Assembly: GCA_002189035.1 (NCBI GenBank)
Contig: CM007990.1
Span: forward strand, 2,542,001-2,606,000
Source: Utricularia gibba
Taxonomy: Eukaryota; Plantae; Magnoliophyta
Reading direction: 5' to 3'
DNA: 64,000 nucleotides
In this document: positions 13,096 to 23,830 of the stretch, piece by piece
Layout of the letters: each line of letters begins with the position of its first letter
Numbering within the stretch: position 1 is the first letter of the stretch
Program-made: the position numbers and the translations under genes
The notes under the pieces: model-generated
The model's input: the letters and a program-made list of their open reading frames with translations, nothing else
What the model was told of the DNA's origin: nothing
The model's database searches: none

Positions 13096-15243
13096 TTGAC
13101 TCCCTCAACTACGATAGGTAGAAAATCTAGTGAATTGAACATCCCCGCCATTCGGACCAAATATTTGATTCACGATGAGTACATCGTTAGTCCTGCCAGG
13201 GATAGTCAGATACCGTGGGGGACAGGGGAACGACCCCTTCCCAGATTCAGCCATCCTATCCCTATAGCTTACTTGGAGAGCAGTCTCCGCTTTCCGCTCC
13301 ATCCCCTCATCATTCAATTCTTGAACATGTTCTCCGTTCCTCTTTTCTGTCTTTCCCCCAACTCAATATTCTGTTTCACCACCTTTCTCTTCTATTCCGC
13401 GGGTTTGGACCCGAATATGACTCTAGTGGATTTCTTCTAACTTTTCATAATTGTCGTCTGTAAGGCTAAGCGCCCCCTGCATGGTTTCTCTCATTTCCAA
13501 TTTCGCCGATTTGAAGACCACCCCGATTTCGTCCTTAGAGCTCCGGATACCCATCATAACTGGTGGTCATCCTTCATTTGGGTCGCTCCCCCATCTGGAG
13601 CCAGGTGGAACTTTCCGATTAAGCCCCCCGTGCCTTTCTAAGTGAAGCTTTTCGGGCGTTTCCGTCCCTCTAATGAATCTCGTAGGGAGGTATACCGGAG
13701 ACTAGGTGAATGCTCCACTAGATTCGAGTCTCGGGCCCTGATGCTTTCACAAGAATCCTTATCGGCATGCGGAATTCTTGGTCATGACCGGGATGGGCAG
13801 CGGCCCGACTTTCTTATTCCTCCGGGTTCCGATTTGGAGTATCGACTTCTTTTGCAATCTCCACATAATATCCCTTCTGGCTCGGCTATACTCCCTACCT
13901 CTGAATTGATATCCCCTCTTCCCTCTGATCCGGCCCCCAAATCCCCTACTCGGCCTTTAACCCAAAACAAGAGAAAAAGGGTTAAGGTTTCTGTGTAGGG
14001 ACCTCCTAAAAAGCGAAGAGGTAGCCAGGTTCTGCTTCCTTATCTTGTAATTTCTTTATCGCGTTTCATCGTTTTTTCGGCTTTGATATGCAGTTGAGAA
14101 GATGTCTCAACGGAACGCTTTGGAAGATTTGGTGATGGCACGCTTTTCTGCTGAGATGCACCGAATGCCGGAATCGGGTGCGACTCCTTCTGCACAGGTT
14201 TGTCTAACTTCTGGTGGCCCGTTGCTAAGAGTCTCTGATTCTAACCTTTCAACTTTTCTCCCAGGCCGATTCACCCTCAGCTCACTCGGATGCTGCCGGT
14301 CACCTTCCAGAGGATCAAGTGGTTGAGGTTTTCGGGACTCGGGAAGTGACTCCTCCCCTGTCGGGAAAAGGAAAAGAAAGGCTTCCTCCCTCGCCGATAT
14401 CCAGTGAAGGTCCCATTCCCGGCACTGGGCTTATTTCGGTCGATGCTTCCACATTGATCCCTCCAAGTAATGTGGGGGGGATTCCTATTCCTCCAATTCA
14501 AGTAAGGGAGGATCCTGCTCTTCTCCCCTCTTCAGTCCCCGCGGAGCTGCGAAGTGCTTTAGAGGAGGCTACCCCGAATCTTTCGGGAGTTCAGCCAGAG
14601 ATTGTACTTAAAGGGATTTGGCAGGTACTCTCTCTCTCTTTTGGAATCATATATATCCGGCTCCTTACTTACCGATTTTGTCCTAGGCTTTGACGTTCGG
14701 ATGAGAGATGGCCAAGGAAATGGGGTCCCATTCGAAGGAAGTTTCTCAGCTTCAGGCTCAACTGCCAAGATAAGGTCAATGGGGGAGGAAGGGAGCGCAT
14801 TGAGAAGTATGCTTGGGAAGCGTACCCACATAGAAGAGGAGTTGCAGAACATGGTTAGTGAAATGGGGAAGGCAATTGACGACGCCAACTCCGAGAAGGA
14901 AGGTTTCAAGGTGCAACTCGAGGAGGTTGAGGCAGAGTTGAAACAAACCAAGGATCGTGTTTTGGCCCTGGAGGCGGAGCTGCTCAACATGGAGGCATCT
15001 CGCGGAAGGCTTTTGGAAGACTTCGTGAACTCGGCCTGCTTTTTCGAGTTATCAGATATTTACGCTGGGGATTTAATCGGCCTTCTCTTGTACCGGTAGA
15101 GGCGTCAATTCAGCCGGGAGTTTGGGCTATCCTTTACCGATCCGCGTTTCGCAGGGATTGACCCGCTAAAGAAGGATGAAAATATGTTGGATGTCATTGC
15201 CGACATATATCAAGCTCCGGAGTTCGGGTTCGAAGCTGATTGA
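13096..15243 (+). pseudogene. Spliced antisense accessory gene of the Tat element (Transposase_28-like domain, basic NLS-like patch, coiled coil), decayed
   Basis: ORF pieces 13096-13440, 13642-13998, 14102-14197, 14265-14624 and 14687-15243. Motif SLRFPLHPLIIQFLNMFSVPLFCLSPNS. Frame-preserving GT-AG introns at 14021-14093, 14198-14264 and 14625-14686. Premature stops at 13438, 13996, 14702 and 15097. Confidence 0.7.
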
Positions 15244-15897
15244 GAGCGGCTGATTGTGTTGATTCGGGCGAGGACAGGGTGAGAGAATGACGCCAAGCTG
15301 AGAGCAAGGATGGAACTACATACCGGTTCCTCTGCAAATCCTCCCGTTAATCCCCCATCCCCTCCTGCACTTTAATTTTTGACTTGATGTTTTTCCCCCT
15401 GCTGTTGGGCTTTTGGATATTTTTGGTCTCCCAGTTCGGGGTTGCCTTCTAATTTACTCTGTTTTTTGCGCATCACTTTTGCCTTTGGTGATATCATATT
15501 TCGGGGGAAGCCCCGAGTCATTTTGTTGTGTCTATCACGTGCTTAGGCTTGGAAGATTCGCCTATGCTTTTGTGATCCGGGGGTCTCCTCGCCAACCCTT
15601 TGGTTGGGCTTTTTGATTTTAGTTTGCCTTAGTATTTCCTCATGCGAGCTGAACCGCTACTAGGGAAGTAGGTCGTAACCCCTCATGGGTTGAGCGACTT
15701 CCCCAATCCGAAAGGGCCCTCTTTTGGCCATACCCCATTGTTTTGAACATGGATGGATTTGCTTTGGGTGCTCTTGCCGCCTCGAGATTTCGACAGTGAG
15801 GTCAATACTTTGGAGGAATTTGTAGGCGCGTGAATGTTTTGAGGAAGGGAATGTCGAATCTTGCGTAATCCTGTGATAGAGATTGATATTGGGCCGG

Positions 15898-16731
15898 TTA
15901 GGCGTAGAACTTCCTTAGGTGCGATGCGTTCCACGACCTCGGGAATTCCACGCCATCCAATTGTTCCAGGCGATATGCTCCTTTTCCGATCACCCTTGAA
16001 ATTCGATAAGGGCCTTCCCGTTGTCGGTCTAATTTCCCGACGTGTTTCTGTGGTTGGATGCTTCGGAGCACCAAATCTCCCTCAGAGAATTCTCTAGGAG
16101 ACACCAACTTGTTATATCGCTTCTCCGTTCTTCTTTGATGAGCCCCTAGTTGGCTATAGACATTTTGCCGTTTTTCTTCCAACAGCTCCAACTCCAACTT
16201 TCGCAGGTCGACATTCTCTTCTTCGTTGTAATGCTCTACCCAATAGCTTTTCAAGGTCAGTTCGATAGGGCATATGGCTTCCGAACCGTAAACCAATAAG
16301 AATGGGGATTCTTCCGTGGTGGTTCGAGGGGTGGTGCGATATGACCACAGCACTTCATCCAAGCGATCTATCCATGATCCTCCAAAATCTTCAAGCTTAG
16401 TCTTCATACCTAACCTGAGCGTTCGATTCGTTACCTCTGTGAGACCATTGCTCTGCGGGTGATACACCGAGGTGAAGTTGTGCTTGACCGTATATTTATC
16501 CAAGAATGCCTCCATTTTTCCTCCGGGCTTCGGGACGACGACTGGGTTAGCTACCCACTCGGAGTACTGGATCTCCTTCACATAACAAGCTTCCAAGAGC
16601 TCGCTTGTTTTTTCCTTGATAATTCGACACTTTTCCACTGAGAAATGCCGTTGCTTCTGCCGAACCGGTTTTGCCACCGGGTAGGTTTCAATGTGGTGCT
16701 CGGCAACGGATCGATCAATGCCTCTTCTCAA
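15898..16731 (-). pseudogene. In-frame fusion of the RT N-terminus to the integrase C-terminal half
   Basis: GIDRSVAEHH...EWVANPVVVPKPGGK (RT start) runs directly into MEAFLDKY...YHPQSNGLTEVTNRT...VLWSYRTTPR...EGPYRI...WNASHLRKFYA (integrase core end and C-terminal domain). Confidence 0.85.
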
Positions 16732-18010
16732 ATTCCGTGTCCATCGTTGACGTGGGGTTCCGTACCGCGTTGTTTATCCCCCCGCTAGCATGATATTGCT
16801 CGATCATCCTCTTCATTACTCGACAGTCGGCAGTTTCATGCCCGGTGGTCTTGTGTATTTCGCAGTAGGCATCTGTTCTGGTTGGTTCCACCTGATACAC
16901 TTCACGGCGCTTATTCGGTTTGAGCCCCCGGTTAGGTTGGGTCTCTTGCTACGGGATTGGGCGGATCTCCACGCGGCTTTTCATCTCGGCTCTAAGGTCG
17001 TCATCAACTCGGATATACTTCATGATTTTCCTTAGCAATTCTCCGAGATCCTTTGGTGGGGACTTCGATAGACTCTGTCCTAATTTCAACGTTCCTAAGG
17101 CCGCTTCATTATTTCCACCCTTTCCTTCAAATCTAACTGGACGTCCTGCGCCAAGCAGTTGAATCGGTCGATGAATTTCCTCAAGCTTTCTCTTCTGTGA
17201 TCATACCGAATGGAGTACAACGCTGCCTTTGATGATGGGGCTTCAATGTTGACAGCATATCGGGTAGTGAAGAGTAGCACCAACTCCCGATAGGACCCCA
17301 CGCTATATGGTTCTAACTGTTTGAACCAGATCTTGGCTCCCTTATGGAGCGAGCAGGCAAACAACTTACACTTCATGGCTTCAGAGTGCCGGACCGTGGC
17401 CATCCTCATGTCGAAGTCGGTAACGTGAGATATAGGGTCTCCCTTCCCATCGTAGGTGGGCAGTCCATCGGGGACTCTGAATCCCCTTTCGAGCTCCTCT
17501 CGGATCAACTCATCGGAGAAAGGATCAAAACAAAGTGCAGGGGTCCTCGCAGTTCCTTCAACACTATTCTTCAAGGCTAAGATCAATGTCGGCAAGGACG
17601 TCTCCTCTTCCGGTGTGGACGTTCTGGTCGAAGGCGTCCCTGAAGCCCCTACTCTCTTTCTTTCCCGGTGGCGTTCGAGCGGCGATGAGCTTTTGTCTTT
17701 CCCGGATCTGATCCAATTCTCTTTTCAGCTCTTCTTCCCTTTCTTCCAAGATTTTTCCAGCAATGTTTTCCCTATCAGTTCCTGGCTCATATATGACTTT
17801 GTTACGCCTCTTTCTTCGCAGCATCTCCTCCTCGGTTTCGGATTCAGTCTCCGTGTCCGGTGGGTAATCCGGAATAAGAGGTTGTTTCTCCATTCGTGGT
17901 GTAGTTTCGGGTGTTCCCTCCTGAGCGTTGGAGTTGAGGCCTGAAGGTGCCCGGAGGTCGACGAGGATTTCCGTTAGCAGGGCTTTCAGTTGCTCCCTGT
18001 TGGTGATCAT
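16715..18010 (-). pseudogene. gag of the Tat element, frameshifted
   Basis: ORFs 17564-18010, 17095-17595 (LPTYDGKGDPISHV, KCKLFACSLHKGAKIWF, F...RY retrotransposon gag) and 16715-16900 (YCEIHKTTGHETADC knuckle). Confidence 0.85.
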
Positions 18011-18157
18011 AAGGCCGAGGTCTCGCGCGTCGGCGCTTCCGTCCTGAGTCAGGTCGGTGGCTGTGCTATTTTCCGCTATGATCCGTGATTAACGGGTGGT
18101 TCCTGTGGGTTTCTCGAGTGGGGCTGTGGAACGTAGCCCCACGGTGGGCGCCAAAAA

Positions 18158-18685
18158 TGTTATGGGTGAAATCGGTATCGGATGGGAGGTCGATTTAAGA
18201 TGATTAGTGCGATCGGGAATGCCACACTTAGTCACCTTCTTCACGGTTGGTACGACTGAAATAAGAATGAGCAAGGATTTTTTACGTGGAAACCGCCGGA
18301 AAGCAGAAAAACCACAGAGCTGCCGGAGCTCGCTGGAAAAGAGCTTCACTAGATGGAGGTCGCGAAGAGGAGAATACAAATTGAAAAAATCTTTTGAGTC
18401 CAACCCCCTCTCTGTTGTGGTTTCTTCTACTTATAGGAGATTTCGACCTGATTGAGTCCTGGTGTCTGCAAATGTCGGCTGTCTTGTCCCCCTGCTATGC
18501 GATCTCGCTTTTCAGATATCGATCATCTGTCATGCCGTAATTCGGCCACTTTTCAGACTGTGCCATGCAGCCATATCTGTCAGATTTCTGACAGATATCA
18601 GTCTGTCGGCCGGCATTATCCCCTCATGATCTCTTTTGGCAGCTTTTGAGAGATCGTCTGATTATACCCGATTTGTACCCCATCA
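18158..18685 (-). repeat. 5' LTR
   Basis: Direct repeat of 12107-12634, adjacent to the PBS on the - strand. Confidence 0.95.
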
Positions 18686-18849
18686 AAAATAATGAATATT
18701 ATGAATAACAATAAATTTAGTTCAAAAGTAAAAATTTGTTCAGAACACTACAATCTATTTTTTATTTTGTTAAGTTTACTTTTACTTTTGAAAAATATAT
18801 CTACAAAAGTAAAAGTAAGTTATAAAAGTTTTATAGAACATTGTTTTAC

Positions 18850-19090
18850 TAGCAGATGGTCTTTATTTTTGGATTCATTGTATATAAATACTCGTACATT
18901 TTTTCAATTTTGTACTCTATTGATAAATGAATATGGGTTAAAGAAGAGGAAACATATTGCAATAGAAAGAGAAATTACAATTTCTCTTAAAACTGTAGGT
19001 TACAAAGAAAACAATCGAGCGTTCCAAGAGTTTTTTCAATGTGGTGCTGATACAATTCACAAAACTTTCCAATATAATAGTCATAGTTTT
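18850..19090 (+). mobile_element. Degenerate PIF/Harbinger transposase N-terminal fragment
   Basis: RTFFQFCTLLINEYGLKKRKHIAIEREITISLKTVGYKENNRAFQEFFQCGADTIHKTF resembles the Harbinger N-terminal motif (F..LC..L..GL.......VEEQ..IFL...GH...R..Q..FQ.SGETI...F). Tourist-like end GAACAAGTCC followed by TAA at 19371-19383. Confidence 0.6.
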
Positions 19091-20596
19091 CATGTATTTC
19101 AGTTGACTACTAAATATATATTATTGTGCTATTATGAATTAATGCTTACAGTATAAGTAGAATTAAGTAATTTTATAAAACTAATGACTATAATATAAAT
19201 ATAATACAAGAATAATTAAATAATTTGATATTAAAAGTAGTACTTATATTACAATATACAAAATATGATTAAAAAATAAATTTTACTTTTTTAAAAAAAT
19301 GACTTTTCATTCTATTTTTTAACTACTTTTTATTTTATAAGAAGTAGAATTTATTACAAGAATTCATATTGAACAAGTCCTAAATTTTCAACTTGAAAAA
19401 TGTGTTTCCAATATCAACATATTTCAATATTAAAAAATAACTTCTACATATTTTTAAAAATAACTTTTCATTCTGCTTCTTTTTAACTACTTCCATAAAT
19501 TATAAGATTGACAAACCGTCCAAACTGAGCTATCACATATTTCAACTCACATGATCAATTAAGTCACACAAAACTAATAATCATTAAAAAACAGGCATAT
19601 CAGATATTCATAAAAACTTGCTAATAATTTTTTTTCCTTTATTAATTAAAAAATTATGTAATTCAAATATTCAAAATAAATGCTATGCAAAATGTACAAC
19701 TTGTTTGATCTAAATGTATTTATACACCCCCAGGAAAAGTTCAGAAAAAATATAAATCATGCAACAAGGCCAATAAAAATCCTCAACTTTCAACCATGGC
19801 TCACAAAATACACCAACATAATGAATTTTTAAAGAGATTAATGTCATTTCCCTACGATACAAGATGTGATTGAAAAACATAAGTTTTCTGCTTTACTTAA
19901 CCTATCAAACAATGAGCACAACCATCCAATTAAAATATGCCATCATTAATTTCATCTAAAGATTGAAGTCAGAACAAAGGAGGTGGATTTACCTTAATCT
20001 TCTACTGCTGTTTCTTGATTTACGTTCATCTATAATTATTATTATGAATTTCTTTATTTTATATTAGATGTTTTAATTTCTTGTCTATTATTATGAATCA
20101 CAACGTTGATCAAGCATGTGAAGGGGAAGACTATCTTACATAAAATAAAATTACCATCTTTGGAAAATAAATACTTGATATTGGGAACGTAAAAATTACA
20201 AAAAAAAAAAAAAAAAGAGTGAGATGACTTCATCTACACTTTCGTTTTTGCCTACCCAACCGGAGATGTTAGAGGTGAGTAAGGCTCTCTGTCCGATGGA
20301 TGTCTCGGCAGGCGGCGGGCAGGGCCCTGCGTCGCAATGGAATACGCGATCTCAAAAGCCATGCGATCGCCATTTTCAGATTTGCGGAATGTCGTAATGT
20401 GTTGTTAGGTTTTATTTCTAACGCTTTCTAATATTACTCCGGCGCGGCGGAAATAATATTATGTTAGTTTTGTTGGTGCCTATGTGAAATTTCCATTTCC
20501 TTGTCCCTACATTTCACATCCGTTCAATCTCCTAATCCAGAACCCAAGCACCACCAAGGATCTTTTCTCCGCCGTTGGCTACAAGCAAGCAGCACC

Positions 20597-21564
20597 ATGT
20601 CCTGCACTCACCTTTCATTCTCTTTTCTTCAGAGTTCTTGGAACACTACGCAACAGAATCGGTGGAGGATTGGGTCCGGCCCGGGTTCCCCATCTGGGTT
20701 TTCCCGACTCACCGTTGAGGCGCACTCGAGGACCAGAAGGGAGGACAGAAATGCTCGGCATTCTCGTGTTCGTAAGAAGGCAAGTGTCCTCTTTTTCCCT
20801 TCATCTATTCCCCCATGGTAAGTATTAACCTGTCAAGTTCCTGTGCACACCAAGTATTCGAGGGGTGGAATTGATTAAAACAGGACCTGGTTTTGTTAGC
20901 TTGCCGAATTAATACTTGATTATCGAGTTCACATCGGTTGAAATACGGGCGAGCTGAAAGAGTTGATCAACAATGTCAGTGGATGTGGATGCTTTCTTGC
21001 GTTTGCATTTTTTTAAAGATAAAAAATGTGGATCGTTGAAGAGGAGTAATCTGGTGTGAAGCCACACCCTGTAGAATTGTGTATCTGATCACTGATGTGG
21101 CAGTGAGCTGCTCCTGACTGATTTGCTTGCTTTCTCCTTCGTTCATGGTATCAATGCACTCTCATCATTCTTTTTGTTTAGGTTGAAGGAACAACGGAAA
21201 GACCAAGATTAAGTGTTTTCCGCTCCAACAAGCACCTCTACGCTCAAGTGATTGATGATTCAAAGATGCACACTCTTGCTTCAGCCTCCACAGTGCAGAA
21301 GCCAATCTCCGAGGAGTTCGATTACAGCTCCGGACCAACGATTGTAAGCCAATGCGTTTCACGTGTAATGAAAGCAGCGGTAATGAATGATTTCAAGCTT
21401 TGTTAATGTGGCAGGAAGTTGCCAAGAGAGTTGGTGAAGTTATTGCAAAGTCATGCCTAGAAAAAGGAATCACAAAAGTGGCTTTCGACCGTGGTGGCTT
21501 CCCGTACCATGGACGGATCGAGGCCCTAGCAGATGCTGCCCGGGAGAATGGTCTGCAGTTCTGA
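20597..21564 (+). CDS. RPL18: Plastid 50S ribosomal protein L18
   Basis: Exons 20597-20779, 21182-21343, 21415-21564. Transit peptide, then [34 protein letters not shown] and [29 protein letters not shown]. Intron 1 has a GC donor. Confidence 0.95.
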
Positions 21565-21969
21565 TGTCAAATCATTGAAATAACTCTTCATCTATCTTTA
21601 AATCTGTAGAAGCTCTGCCGCATGACTATTTCTTTGGAACTCGGTAAACCTACTTCCATGCTTTCATTTGCTGGAACTCTTGTGTTTTGTTACCTTACCA
21701 ACCCCAAAGAAAGCGGAACATGTGAAGGCAAGAAATACAGGCGACAGGGCACGCATTATGACAGGCCTCAACAACACTATTATTCTGGGAGTTTTTAGTA
21801 TTGAAAGAGAAAACAAAGAAAGAAAGAGGTATGATCCGAAACCGAAGTCAAAGAATCCATTACTCTTTTGGTCATTAACAAAACCTTTGAGAAGAAAAAG
21901 GGAGAGTGTGTTATCTATGAAGAACCAAGTCATCATGCAGCGTAGTCCAAGCACATAAAACTAAGGTCA

Positions 21970-22620
21970 CCATGGCTCAAGGTGAGGGCGAGGAATACAT
22001 TTTGATTAGTTTGAATAATAATTGGATCTTAGATTTTGGAGCCACTCATTATGTGGGTGCAAAGAAAATATTATTTTTTTGAAATACACAACAATAGATG
22101 TAATTTTGAGATGAATCTAACATACCTTGCTTGGCAAATGATATATCATCCTTAACTTTACATCTAAAAAGACTGTCTCCTAAAAGACCTATGTATGCAC
22201 CTACGATAAAGACCAATATTATTTAAGTAATCAAAACGGATTGAGCTGATTTTAGAGTTTCCTTGGGTGGTTGAGGTATTATTATTACAAAGAATGATGT
22301 TTTTATGGGAAAGGGCTATGTAAGACCCAAGGGTTTGTATGTAAGGAAGTTGATTGTTTGTTGTGTTTTCTTATATCTCTACATCTAAAATCAATAATGC
22401 TGTTTCTACTTTTATTTACACTTCGTCAATTCAATACACAGTATACTAGATTAGGACACATCAAGCATGGCTCCATGAAAAGTATACAGGAATTCAACTT
22501 AATTCCAAGATTTTTATGATTTAGAAATAAAATATGAAATGTAAATGGCAAAGAAAACACTTGATCATGTGAGTAGAGAATTTAAAATATATATATATAA
22601 AGTGTTTGATAAAATTATGC
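21970..22620 (+). mobile_element. Degenerate Ty1/copia pol fragment (protease and GAG-pre-integrase)
   Basis: WILDFGATHYV (copia protease W.lDSGAT.H) at ~22020; FMGKGY at ~22305; YTRLGHIK (WH.RLGH) at ~22440. Many stops. Confidence 0.6.
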
Positions 22621-23179
22621 TAGTTAAAGTTGAGAAGATGATGAACTATTTTATGTAACTCTAAAATATGATTTTTATATATTTTTAGTATCATTCTTAT
22701 CTCCTTAAGGTGTACTTTTTCCTTTTTTCTAATGTTTTTCATCTTTTAACCTAATTTAATTTTTTTAGAGAGAAATTATGTTTTGTAGACTTTTAGATTA
22801 TTTTTTTTTTGTCTGATTTGGGAAGGAATCGAATCCTAATAAAAAATGAGGCCGAAGGTTTGCAGCGTTGGGGGGGAAGCTTAGTCACATGAAATGTGAT
22901 GGATTGGCCCAACAAAAAGAAATATTAATATCCAAGAGGGAAGACTTACATCTAATCCAATTAAAAGATAAGAAAAAAAATGAAGATCTTATCTATATCA
23001 CAAGATCTCTAGATGGGGATTTGAGGTCCAATAATAAAAGACCCTCAATGTTAGCATTTCGCACGTCTTTGGCACCCTACCTATTCTACTATATTTTTTA
23101 CGTTTTTATGCTTTTGAGTTTTACCATGTGTGAGTAATCACCCTTTTGCCAAGAATTTTCAGTCAAGCTATGCTTGTGC

Positions 23180-23830
23180 AAGTATTCCGCATATGACATT
23201 GTTTTAGTATGTTTTCTTAAACATTTAAGTTGATTTCTTATTCTTATTTTTGTATAGTTTCTCTTTTCAAGTCCATTTTATAGTCATAAATGTCAAAAGG
23301 GTAAATAGTGAAAATCTCAAATTAGATCGAAGGATCCAATAGTGATGTTGTCAATTAGAAATACTCGTTGAGGCATATTTCAACCTAATATATCGACGAG
23401 GTATGAGGATTAAGTGTTATGATTGGTTTTAGAGAAATATGGGTTATTACTAAAGGAAAAATAACTTTTGGTGAGTGGTCTATTATATCCTATGAGTTGA
23501 GAAGCAGTGCTATATAAGTAACATGAATGGATTTTTTTCAAAACTTGTACAAGAAAGAGTCAATCTCAAGGTTTACATGAACAAGCAAACTTGTAGAATA
23601 GTGATGGAGTTTAGATCTAAGGCCATTGTTATTTTAAATCAAATCACCATCTTTTGGCTGAGTTTTGTTAACTTGCGCTTTATCTCAGTTGATTGTTATT
23701 TTAAAGTCAACTTTCAATCTTATTCTCTTTCCTTTAGTTTATGTTATTTTTTTGTTTTCTAAAAAAATCCAAAACAACAATTTTTTTATTACTTCAATTT
23801 TTTCTATGTACTTAAAGAAATATCATCAAG
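23180..23830 (+). repeat. Dispersed repeat copy 1, probable Copia 3'-internal/LTR relic
   Basis: gtcataaatgtcaaaagggtaaatagtgaaaatctcaaattagatcgaaggatcc... aligns by eye with the copy at ~46880. The aaaagg(g) tract resembles a PPT followed by TG. Confidence 0.55.

Larger units (their letters stand above)
12107..18685 (-). mobile_element. Ty3/gypsy LTR retrotransposon, Tat/Retand-like, internally deleted and non-autonomous
   Basis: Two 528-bp LTRs (TG...CA) at 12107-12634 and 18158-18685, with about 37 substitutions counted by eye. TSD TAAAT/AAAAT (4 of 5 match). PBS TGGCGCCCACCGTGGGGC at 18153-18136 (-). Short PPT AGAGGGG at ~12646-12640. Contains gag, a C-x2-H-x4-H-x4-C knuckle, RT and integrase fragments on -, and an antisense ORF on +. 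Confidence 0.95.
11790..18842. mobile_element. MITE-like element of about 470 bp split by the LTR retrotransposon
   Basis: The left end tgttctgcaaaacttttatgctgaacttttactt (~11792) is an imperfect inverted repeat of ~18808-18842 (reverse complement tgttctataaaacttttataacttacttttactt). Confidence 0.45.

Noticed and set aside
18136-18153. tRNA-like sequence
   Set aside because: Only an 18-nt complement of a tRNA 3' end (the PBS); no cloverleaf.
12107-18685. Long direct repeats as a CRISPR array or segmental gene duplication
   Set aside because: There are only two 528-bp TG...CA repeats with PBS, PPT and TSD, which defines LTRs. There is no repeat-spacer periodicity.
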